From: Longivirga aurantiaca
Lineage (GTDB): Bacteria; Actinomycetota; Actinomycetes; S36-B12; CAIYMF01
Direction: 5' to 3'
DNA length: 32,000 nt
NCBI RefSeq assembly: GCF_042660085.1
Contig: NZ_JBHSTI010000008.1
Span: 900,001 to 932,000 of the forward strand
The position numbers and the translations under genes are program-made. Shown here piece after piece: positions 17,106 through 24,448 of this stretch; the first letter of the stretch is position 1; every line of letters starts with the position of its first letter. The notes under the pieces were generated by a model. That model ran no database searches. It worked only from the letters and a program-made list of their open reading frames with translations, and had not been told where the DNA came from.

Positions 17106-17429
17106 TCACGCGAGCCAGCCGTGCACCGTCCAGGCGATGCCGGCCACCGCGGCGGCGGCGATGACGGCGAGGTAGGCCAGGACGAGGCGGACGTCGCGGA
17201 GATAGCACCGGCTGCGGGTCAGCCCCGCGCGGTGCGCCCGCCAGTAGCCGGCGAGCCCGATGCTCGCGAAGACCAGCACGGCCAGGGGTCCGAAGACCCA
17301 GGCGAGCAGGGCGACCGTCGTGAAGATGCACAGCCGCAGGGGATCGAACGGGGTCGAGGGTCCGGAGGCAGCGAGGCCGGGGTCCCCGGGCAGCGGGCGT
17401 CCCGGGACGCCCGCAGGACTGGTGGTCAT
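17106..17429 (-). CDS. Small (107 aa) three-TM membrane protein, last gene of the fused cassette
   Basis: ATG at 17429 overlaps the radical-SAM stop (ATGA, 17426-17429). MTTSPAGVPGRPLPGDPGLAASGPSTPFDPLRLCIFTTVALLAWVFGPLAVLVFASIGLAGYWRAHRAG...VLAYLAVIAAAAVAGIAWTV. The tracked ORF extension to 17966 is an out-of-frame shadow of the radical-SAM gene. Confidence 0.6.
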   Translation of the reverse strand: MTTSPAGVPGRPLPGDPGLAASGPSTPFDPLRLCIFTTVALLAWVFGPLAVLVFASIGLAGYWRAHRAGLTRSRCYLRDVRLVLAYLAVIAAAAVAGIAWTVHGWLA

Positions 17430-19015
17430 GTCGTCCTCCGTCCGGCCGACAGCGACAGCCGCTGGGCCGAGAGCGCCGGCCACGCCTGGACGGCGCAGAA
17501 CGGGGCGCACTGGTCCCCCTCGTCGCCCCGCGTGCCGACGTGCACGCAGCACTGGGTCAGTCGCTCCTCGATCATCGTGTGGCGGTCCATGAACGGCTTC
17601 ACGGTGATGCGCACGACCCGCTCGCCGAGCATCCGGCGCAGATCCTGCCGTCGCCCGGGGAGACCGGCGGCGGCCGCCATCCTGAGCAGCGAGGAGATCC
17701 CGAGGTCGCACGCCTCGCACACGTCGCGCCAGAGCGCGCCGACGTCGGGGTGGGAGAGGCTGCTCTGCTCGCTGAGCAGGCCGAGCAGCGACTCCTTGAC
17801 GGCCGCCTGGAGCTCCTGGGGGAGCTCGCGGTCGGCGATGCGGTTGGCCACGAGGCCGAGGTGCTCCTTGAGCCGCTCCTCGCCCACCATCGCGACGAGC
17901 GACTTCCACTCGCCACCGTCGGTGCGCAGCAGGTACCCGACGCTGCAGCAGTGCGGGTGCGAGCACGGCAGCGCCGTGAGGTCGTGCCAGGTGACGACGC
18001 CACCCGTCTGGGGCCCGAGCCGGGCGAGGACCCCGGTGTGGGTGAGGCGCTCGGTCGGGTCGACGTCGTGCGACCTGCCCGACCCGAACACCGGCTGGAT
18101 CGAGACGCCGCCGACGAACGGCGTCGCGAGCGCGAGCATCACGACGTCGCCGATCTCGTCGTCGTTCACCCCGAGCGTCGCGGTCATGGTCAGCGTCGTG
18201 AACACCTCGGCCGAGGACAGCCGCTGCAGCGCGAGCCTCTTGATCTGGCGCAGGTCGCCACCCCGGTGGTGGCGCGACGACTCCTCGCGCAGCCCGTCGA
18301 ACTGGAGGTAGACCTCGACGCGCTCCCGGTGCCGCCGGAGCAGCCCGAGCAGGGCGTCGTCGCGGGAGACCTCGACGCCGTTGGTGTTGAGGAGGATGCG
18401 CACGACGTTGCGCGACACGAGCTCGTCGAGCAGGCGCGGCAGCTCCGGGTGCAGCGTGGGCTCGCCCCCGCTGATCATCACGACGTCGAGCCGTCCGTTC
18501 TCACGCGCCAGCCGCTGGTCGACGTTGGCGAGGACGTCCTCGACGGGGACGACGCCGGAGAGCAGGGGCGAGGCGTCGGTGAAGCAGGTCGGGCAGCGGA
18601 GGTTGCAGCCCTCGATGACGTCCTCGAGGAGGATGCACGTGTGCTGCGTCTGCATCTCGCCGAGGCCGCGCAGGTAGGCGCCGGGCACCGCGTCGTAGTT
18701 GCCCGGCGAGTCGGGGACGTGCCACTTCGTGGGCGCCGTCCACTGCTCGAGGTAGGTGAGGATCCCGGGATCCTCGTCGTACAGCGTGCGGACGAACCCG
18801 TGCACGGGGCAGCCGCGCTCGAGCCACACCCGCCCGTCGCGCTCGGCCAGCCAGCCGGAGAGGCGTCGTACCTCCGCCAGCGGCTGGCCGTCCTGCTCGA
18901 CGTGGCAGTGCGGGCAGAACGCGACGACGTAGCGGCGCACGCGGTCGCCGCGCAGCGGCATGCCCTCGCCCCACGTCAGCTGCACGCTCGTGGACGTGCT
19001 GGTGTCGAGAGCCAT
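17426..19015 (-). CDS. Radical SAM enzyme with N-terminal zinc ribbon and Cys-rich C-terminus (MJ0619/Tes-like architecture)
   Basis: ATG at 19015 shares one nucleotide with the upstream stop (TGATG). Motifs: CPHC...CPVH zinc ribbon; CNLRCPTC radical-SAM cluster motif; ISGGEPTL; C-terminal CSHPHCC and CCVHVGTRGDEGDQCAPFC. Confidence 0.85.
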   Translation of the reverse strand: MALDTSTSTSVQLTWGEGMPLRGDRVRRYVVAFCPHCHVEQDGQPLAEVRRLSGWLAERDGRVWLERGCPVHGFVRTLYDEDPGILTYLEQWTAPTKWHVPDSPGNYDAVPGAYLRGLGEMQTQHTCILLEDVIEGCNLRCPTCFTDASPLLSGVVPVEDVLANVDQRLARENGRLDVVMISGGEPTLHPELPRLLDELVSRNVVRILLNTNGVEVSRDDALLGLLRRHRERVEVYLQFDGLREESSRHHRGGDLRQIKRLALQRLSSAEVFTTLTMTATLGVNDDEIGDVVMLALATPFVGGVSIQPVFGSGRSHDVDPTERLTHTGVLARLGPQTGGVVTWHDLTALPCSHPHCCSVGYLLRTDGGEWKSLVAMVGEERLKEHLGLVANRIADRELPQELQAAVKESLLGLLSEQSSLSHPDVGALWRDVCEACDLGISSLLRMAAAAGLPGRRQDLRRMLGERVVRITVKPFMDRHTMIEERLTQCCVHVGTRGDEGDQCAPFCAVQAWPALSAQRLSLSAGRRTT

Positions 19016-19413
19016 CACGCAGTCCCGGCGCTGTTGATGAGCGCGACGCAGACTCCGGCGAACACGATCAGCCCGATGCCGCACCCGATCACGATGCCCA
19101 TCCAGATGCTGCGCGTGCGCACCTCCGTGGCCCGGGCGGTCATGATCCCGGCGATGATCAGCATGGCCGGCACGGCCACGACGGTAAGGCTCGCGAGAGC
19201 TGCGAGCACGGTGGTGATGACCGCGCTCCACGCGACCGTGGCTGTGTCGTAGCGCCGCTCGCCAGGCCCGGCCGAGGGCGCTGGAGGCAGCGGAGGTGCA
19301 GGCGGCGGCGGGGACGCCGCTGCCTCGTCGCCCGCCTCGGACGGCGGCGGCACGGCGGCCTCCTCCGGCGGCCGGTCGTCGTCGGGGCTCGTCGGGATCG
19401 TGGGGTCGCTCAT
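19015..19413 (-). CDS. Small (132 aa) membrane protein with an acidic Pro-rich N-terminus and a Cys-containing C-terminal TM region
   Basis: ATG at 19413 overlaps the Lgt-like stop (ATGA, 19410-19413). MSDPTIPTSPDDDRPPEEAAVPPPSEAGDEAAASPPPPAPPLPPAPSAGPGERRYDTATVAWSAVITTVLAALASLTVVAVPAMLIIAGIMTARATEVRTRSIWMGIVIGCGIGLIVFAGVCVALINSAGTA. Confidence 0.65.
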   Translation of the reverse strand: MSDPTIPTSPDDDRPPEEAAVPPPSEAGDEAAASPPPPAPPLPPAPSAGPGERRYDTATVAWSAVITTVLAALASLTVVAVPAMLIIAGIMTARATEVRTRSIWMGIVIGCGIGLIVFAGVCVALINSAGTA

Positions 19414-20222
19414 GTCGTCTCCCTCGTCGGCACGGTCAGGGTGGGCAGGATCCGGTCGTAGGCGCCCGCCCGCCAGCCGCGGTGAAGGCGGAGGGCGAGC
19501 AGCGGTGAGAGCACCAGGATGAAGACCTGGGATCGGGTGAGGCCGAGGAGGTCCGGCGGGTTGGCCCGCGTGAACTCGACGCCGAAGCGGAACAGGGCGT
19601 ACGCCGCGATGAACAGCACGAAGGTCTCGCCGGGCGCCTCGATGCGGTCGCGGACCGCCCGCAGCGCGAGGAAGGCGAGGACCAGGAAGGCGATCTCGTA
19701 CAGGAACGACGGGTGCATCGGCACCCCGGCGAGGCAGCCCGGGCACTCCGGGATGCTCGCCGCGACGGCCGGGTCGACGGTGATCCCCCAGGGGAGCGAC
19801 GTCGGTCGGCCCGGAGCCTCGGCGAGCAGGCAGCCGATGCGGCCCACGGCCAGGCCGACCGCCACGGCCGGTGCGAAGAGGTCGCCGGTGCGACCGGAGT
19901 AGCCGCCCACCCGTTTGCCGACCAGTGCCCCGACGTAGGCGCCGGTGAGGCCGCCGAGGATGCTGCGCCCGCCCTCGCTCCACGCCCACGCGAGCACGCC
20001 GCCGCCGTCCTGCGTCGCGGCGTCGAGGATGCCGGCGAGGCGCGCTCCGAGCGCGCCTCCGACGACGATGCCGGCCACGACCGGGATGAGCCGCTCGTCC
20101 CACATGCGGCGACGGCGTGTCTCGAGCAGGAAGACGGCCAGGCCCGCGAGGAAGCCGAGGCCGACGAAGAACTCGTGGCTGGGCACGGACAGCCCGCCGA
20201 GAGTGAAGAGCGTAGGGTGCAC
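19410..20222 (-). CDS. Prolipoprotein diacylglyceryl transferase (Lgt) family protein, probable paralog
   Basis: GTG at 20222 preceded by GGGAGGGGGAGG. Lgt-family motifs are present: GLSVPSHEFFVGLGFLAG, GRSILGGLTGAY, LAVGRIGCLLAEAPGRPTSLPWGI, HPSFLYE and FRFGVEFTR. The product is polytopic. Confidence 0.8.
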   Translation of the reverse strand: MHPTLFTLGGLSVPSHEFFVGLGFLAGLAVFLLETRRRRMWDERLIPVVAGIVVGGALGARLAGILDAATQDGGGVLAWAWSEGGRSILGGLTGAYVGALVGKRVGGYSGRTGDLFAPAVAVGLAVGRIGCLLAEAPGRPTSLPWGITVDPAVAASIPECPGCLAGVPMHPSFLYEIAFLVLAFLALRAVRDRIEAPGETFVLFIAAYALFRFGVEFTRANPPDLLGLTRSQVFILVLSPLLALRLHRGWRAGAYDRILPTLTVPTRETT

Positions 20223-20311
20223 GTCCTCCCCCTCCCGCGGGCGTCCCCGGTGCACTACGTCGTACGGTAGCCAAAGGGGCGGCCCGAAGAGCGCCCTCCG
20301 GGTAGGTCGCC

Positions 20312-20842
20312 ATGGTCGTCGTCGGCATCGTCGTCATGATCTGGTGCGCCCTGCGCATCGCCGAGCACGTCCTGTCCGTCCTCGACACGGTCGTCCTGCG
20401 CGAGGAGGGCGCGGTCGAGGCGTGCTCCCGCCAGCACGTGCCCCTGCTGCTGGCCAACCTCGCCGTGCCCGCCCTGGTGCTCGCCGCCTGCTGGCTGGCC
20501 GTGCGCAGGGGGGAGCCGGTCACGGTCGGTCCCGCAACCTGGGCCTGGCTCGCCGTGCTCGTCGTTGCCGAGTGCGTGCACTGGTGGGCCATCGCCACGC
20601 TCGGCCGCCGGTGGACCACGGGGGTGCTGGTGCTGCCCGGAGAGGCGCCGGTGGTCCGAGGGCCCTACCGGTGGCTGCGGCACCCCGGCTACGCCGCCGG
20701 CGTGACGTCAGCCGTGGCGCTGCCCCTCGTGGCAGGAGCCTGGGTCGTGGCGGCACCGGTCGCGGTGATGTTCGCGGTCGTCGTCGTACTGCGCGTGCGG
20801 TGCGAGGACCGCGCCTGGCTCGACGTGGGCGCCGCGGCCTGA
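20312..20842 (+). CDS. ICMT/PEMT-family integral membrane methyltransferase
   Basis: 176 aa, 4-5 TM. VVRGPYRWLRHPGYAAG followed by RCEDRAWL matches the isoprenylcysteine carboxyl / phospholipid methyltransferase core (RHPxY...E). It is divergent from the Lgt-like gene across 89 bp. Confidence 0.75.
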   Translation: MVVVGIVVMIWCALRIAEHVLSVLDTVVLREEGAVEACSRQHVPLLLANLAVPALVLAACWLAVRRGEPVTVGPATWAWLAVLVVAECVHWWAIATLGRRWTTGVLVLPGEAPVVRGPYRWLRHPGYAAGVTSAVALPLVAGAWVVAAPVAVMFAVVVVLRVRCEDRAWLDVGAAA

Positions 20843-20907
20843 CGCTCGGCCTGCGCCGTCCCCGGTCCGTCCCCGCGAGCCCATGCGTCCGTGGGGGTCG
20901 GTGGGGC

Positions 20908-22305
20908 TCAGTGGCCGCCGAGCAGCGGCGCGAGGATCTCGGCGCGGCGTGCGGGCTTCCCGGTGCGTGCCTCGACCCCGTCGGCCGATCCCATCACGCG
21001 CAGGCCGAGGTTGACCCCGAGCCAGCGGAACGGCTCGGGCTCCCAGCGCCGCTGGCGCCGGTTGACCCACGGAAGCCCGGTGCGGTCGGTGGCCTCGCCG
21101 CGCAGCAGGTCGGCGAGCGTGCGACCTGCGAGGTTGCTCGACGCGACGCCGTCCCCGACGTAGCCGCCCGCCGAGCCGAGCCCCGTCGCGGCGTCGAACG
21201 CCACGGTCGGGAACCAGTCGCGCGGGATGCCGAGAGGGCCGCCCCAGCGGTGGGTGACGGCGTGCCCGTGCAGCGACGGGAACAGGTCCCTCAGCACCCG
21301 CCATAGCTCGTCGTACACGCCGGGGTCGCGATCGAACTCCGGCCGGATCGTCGAGCCGAAGTGGTACGGCGCCCCGCGCCCGCCGAAGGCGAAGCGGTCG
21401 TCGGCAGTCCGCTGGCCGTAGATGATCAGATGGCGGTGGTCGTTGAAGGTCTCCCCGCGGCGCAGGCCGATCTCCGACCACAGCTCTGCCGGCAGCGGCT
21501 CGGTGGCCAGCATGAGCGAGTACACGGGTGCGATGTCGCGCTGGTGCCCGGGCAGCTGCGAGGTCCACGCCTCCGTGGCGCGCACGATCCGGCGGGCGGC
21601 GACGTCGCCGCGCTCCGTGCGCACCAGGCCCGGCTCGATCGCGGTTACGCGCGTGTCCTCGTGGATCGTGACACCGAGCCGCTCGACCGCGAGCGCGAGA
21701 CCGCGCACGAGGCGTGCGGGGTGGATCGAGGCGCAGTGAGGGGTGCGCGTGGCGCCGAGCACGTCGGTGGCCGAGAGCAGCTGGTACGTCTCGTCGGGCG
21801 AGAGCAGGCTGAAGTCGTCGGGGCCGAATCCCCACGCCCGCGCGTCCTCGATCTCTGCCTTCGCACGCTCGAGCTGGAGCGGCGTTCGGGCGAGCGTGAT
21901 GACGCCGCCCTTGCGGTAGTGGCAGTCGATGCCCTCGGCAGCCGCGACCCTGCCGACCTCGTCGACCGTGTCGAACATCGCCCGCTGCAGGGCGACTGCG
22001 TCCTCGCGCGACGACTCCGCGGCGACCTTCGACCACGAGGTGGGGAACAGCGCCGAGGCCCAGCCTCCGTTGCGGCCGCTGGCACCGAAGCCGGCCACCT
22101 GGGCCTCGAGCACCACGATGCGCAGGGTCGGATCGGCCTTGGCCAGGTAGTAGGCCGTCCAGAGCCCGGTGTAGCCGCCGCCGACGATCGCGACGTCGGC
22201 CTCGGTGGAGCTGGCGAGGGGTGCGCGCTGCGGGCCGACGAGGTCGTCGGGCAGCGTGTCCCACCAGAGCGAGAGGTCGCGCAGCGCGGCCTGGTCGACG
22301 CTCAC
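20908..22305 (-). CDS. FAD-dependent oxidoreductase (DAO family, gamma-glutamylputrescine-oxidase-like)
   Basis: GTG at 22305 overlaps the upstream stop (GTGA). ADVAIVGGGYTGLWTAYYLA (GxGxxG) ...GFGASGRNGGW. Length about 465 aa. Confidence 0.8.
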   Translation of the reverse strand: MSVDQAALRDLSLWWDTLPDDLVGPQRAPLASSTEADVAIVGGGYTGLWTAYYLAKADPTLRIVVLEAQVAGFGASGRNGGWASALFPTSWSKVAAESSREDAVALQRAMFDTVDEVGRVAAAEGIDCHYRKGGVITLARTPLQLERAKAEIEDARAWGFGPDDFSLLSPDETYQLLSATDVLGATRTPHCASIHPARLVRGLALAVERLGVTIHEDTRVTAIEPGLVRTERGDVAARRIVRATEAWTSQLPGHQRDIAPVYSLMLATEPLPAELWSEIGLRRGETFNDHRHLIIYGQRTADDRFAFGGRGAPYHFGSTIRPEFDRDPGVYDELWRVLRDLFPSLHGHAVTHRWGGPLGIPRDWFPTVAFDAATGLGSAGGYVGDGVASSNLAGRTLADLLRGEATDRTGLPWVNRRQRRWEPEPFRWLGVNLGLRVMGSADGVEARTGKPARRAEILAPLLGGH

Positions 22306-22961
22306 CGGGTCCACGCCTTCACATACTCGGGCACGGGGTACGCCGCGCCGCGCTCGTCCGGACGTGGCTCGCCGAACACTTCGCGGATCGGCACGACGCC
22401 GCCCCACACCGGCCGGTCGACATCCTGCGGGTCGTCGTCCGGGTCGCTTGCGCTGATCTTCACGCTGACCTCGTCGAGGGGCAGCGCAAGCATCAGCGTG
22501 GCGGCGAGCTCCTTCTTCGACGGCTCGCGGATGTCGTCCCACCGGCCGGGCAGCAGGTGGTCGGAGATGATCCGCAGCGCGTCGTCCTTGTCGTCGCCCT
22601 CGAGCACGGTGCACGTGCCCAGCACCATCGCGCCGCGGTAGTGCATCGAGCTCTCGAACGCCGAGCGCGCGAGCACCAGCCCGTCCAGCAGGGTCACGGT
22701 GAAGCAGGTGGGGGAGCCCTCGGCGAGCGCCCGGAACAGGCGCGAGCCGGTCGAGCCGTGGAAGAGCACCCGCTCGCCGTCGCGTGCGTACGCGACGGGC
22801 ACGACGTACGGCTGACCGTCGTCCACGACGGCGACGTGGGCGACCAGGCCCGCGTCGAGCACCGTGTGCAGCACGGAGCGGTCGGTGACGGCCTTCTCCG
22901 GGATGCGGCGCACACGCGTGCGCTCGGTCGAACCGGGTGCCGGCAGGTCGGGCGTGCTCAC
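22302..22961 (-). CDS. Pyridoxamine 5'-phosphate oxidase-like (flavin-binding split-barrel) family protein
   Basis: RTRVRRIPEKAVTDRSVLHTVLDAGLVAHVAVVDDGQPYVVPVAYARDGERVLFHGSTGSR matches the PNPOx-like (Pyridox_ox_2-type) fold consensus as I remember it. Confidence 0.7.
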   Translation of the reverse strand: MSTPDLPAPGSTERTRVRRIPEKAVTDRSVLHTVLDAGLVAHVAVVDDGQPYVVPVAYARDGERVLFHGSTGSRLFRALAEGSPTCFTVTLLDGLVLARSAFESSMHYRGAMVLGTCTVLEGDDKDDALRIISDHLLPGRWDDIREPSKKELAATLMLALPLDEVSVKISASDPDDDPQDVDRPVWGGVVPIREVFGEPRPDERGAAYPVPEYVKAWTR

Positions 22962-22991
22962 GATGGGTCCTCGTTGGCTCGGGCTGGGTGC

Positions 22992-23040
22992 GCCGAAGGG
23001 CCCCGGACCGTGCCGTGATGCACGTCAGGGACCCTTCGGC
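22992..23040 (-). terminator. Intercistronic hairpin between the aminotransferase and PNPOx-like genes
   Basis: gccgaaggg (22992-23000) pairs with cccttcggc (23032-23040), with 3 more GC pairs after a bulge. It sits in the 89-nt gap. There is no U-tract. Confidence 0.3.
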
Positions 23041-23050
23041 GGCAACGGTT

Positions 23051-24448
23051 CTAGAGGATGTTCATGCCCTCGGTGAGGACCTTGCGCAGGATCTGCTCGA
23101 TCTCGTCGAACTCGGGCTGGCCGATGGTCAGCGGCGGCGCGAGCTGGACGACGGGGTCGCCACGGTCGTCGGCACGGCAGTAGAGGCCGGCGTCGAAGAG
23201 CGCCTTGGACAGGAAGCCGCGCAGCAGACGCTCGGCCTCGTCGTCGTTGAACGTCTCCTTGGTGGCCTTGTCCTTGACGAGCTCGATCCCGTAGAAGTAC
23301 CCGGCACCGCGGACGTCGCCGACGATCGGCAGGTCGAGCAGCTTGGACAGCGTGGCCTTGAACGCGGCCTCGTTGTCGCGCACGTGCTGGTTGAGGCCCT
23401 CGCGCTCGAAGACGTCGAGGTTGGCCAGCGCCACCGCGGCCGAGACCGGGTGACCGCCGAAGGTGTAGCCGTGGGCGAAGTACGTCGAGCCGTGCTTGAA
23501 GGGCTCGAACAGGCGGTCGCTCGCGATCATGGCGCCGATGGGCGCGTAGCCGGAGGTCATGCCCTTGGCGCACGTGATGATGTCGGGCGTCACGCCGAAG
23601 CGCGACATCGCGAACATCTCGCCGATGCGGCCGAAGGCGCAGATGGTCTCGTCGGCGACCATCAGCACGTCGTACCGGTCGCAGATCTCGCGCACGCGCT
23701 CGAGGTAGCCGGGGGGCGGCGGGAAGCAGCCGCCCGAGTTCTGCACCGGCTCGAGGAAGACGGCGGCCACGGTGTCGGGGCCCTCGAACTCGATCGCCTC
23801 GGCGATGCGGTCGGCGGCCCAGCGGCCGAACGCCTCGATGTCGTCGCCGTGCTGCTGCGCCCGGTAGAAGTTCGTGTTCGGCACCTTGTGCGTGCCCGGC
23901 ACCAGCGGCTCGAAGTACTTCTTGGCATCCGGGATGCCGGTGATCGACAGCGCACCCTGCGGCGTGCCGTGGTACGCCACGTTGCGGCTGATCACCTTGT
24001 GCTTCATGGGCTTTCCGGTGAGCTTGAAGTACTGCTTCGCGAGCTTCCACGCAGTCTCGACGGCCTCGCCGCCGCCGGTCGTGAAGAACACCCGGTTGAG
24101 GTCGCCGGGGGTGTACTGCACGAGGCGCTCGGCCAGCTCGATCGCGGCCGGGTGGGCGTACGACCACAGCGGGAAGAAGGCGAGCTCGGACATCTGCTTC
24201 TGCGCGGCGGCCGCGAGCTCGGTGCGTCCGTGGCCGGCCTGCACGGTGAAGAGGCCGGCGAGCCCGTCGATGTAGCGGTTGCCCTGGTCGTCCCAGATGT
24301 GGTGGCCCTCGCCGCGGACGATGATCGGGACGTGGCCGCCCTGCTCGTAGACGGAGTGGCGCGTGAAGTGCATCCATAGGTGGTCGCGGGCCTTGTCGGC
24401 CAGCTTGTCGTCGCCAGGCTCGCTCACGTACTGCGGTGACGTGGTCAT
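23051..24448 (-). CDS. Class III (omega) aminotransferase, putrescine/GABA-type
   Basis: ATG at 24448 overlaps the Lrp stop (ATGA). HLWMHFT..., FFTTGGGEAVETAWKLA, VAAVFLEPVQNSGG, DVLMVADETICAFGRIG, and ITCAKGMTSGY carrying the PLP lysine. Confidence 0.88.
   Translation of the reverse strand: MTTSPQYVSEPGDDKLADKARDHLWMHFTRHSVYEQGGHVPIIVRGEGHHIWDDQGNRYIDGLAGLFTVQAGHGRTELAAAAQKQMSELAFFPLWSYAHPAAIELAERLVQYTPGDLNRVFFTTGGGEAVETAWKLAKQYFKLTGKPMKHKVISRNVAYHGTPQGALSITGIPDAKKYFEPLVPGTHKVPNTNFYRAQQHGDDIEAFGRWAADRIAEAIEFEGPDTVAAVFLEPVQNSGGCFPPPPGYLERVREICDRYDVLMVADETICAFGRIGEMFAMSRFGVTPDIITCAKGMTSGYAPIGAMIASDRLFEPFKHGSTYFAHGYTFGGHPVSAAVALANLDVFEREGLNQHVRDNEAAFKATLSKLLDLPIVGDVRGAGYFYGIELVKDKATKETFNDDEAERLLRGFLSKALFDAGLYCRADDRGDPVVQLAPPLTIGQPEFDEIEQILRKVLTEGMNIL

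Noticed and set aside
16425-19252. Plus-strand ORFs 16425..18311 (628 aa) and 17540..19252 (570 aa)
   Set aside because: They are antisense to the DUF1905, small-TM and radical-SAM genes, have shadow-frame composition, and carry no motifs.
19414-20619. Upstream part of the 534-aa minus ORF 19015..20619, and ORFs 19713..20270, 19945..21306 and 20255..20683
   Set aside because: This part is out of frame with the Lgt-like gene and antisense to the ICMT-like gene, and is Arg/Pro/Gly-rich. Only the last 132 codons, from ATG 19413, form a plausible membrane protein with start/stop coupling to both neighbours.
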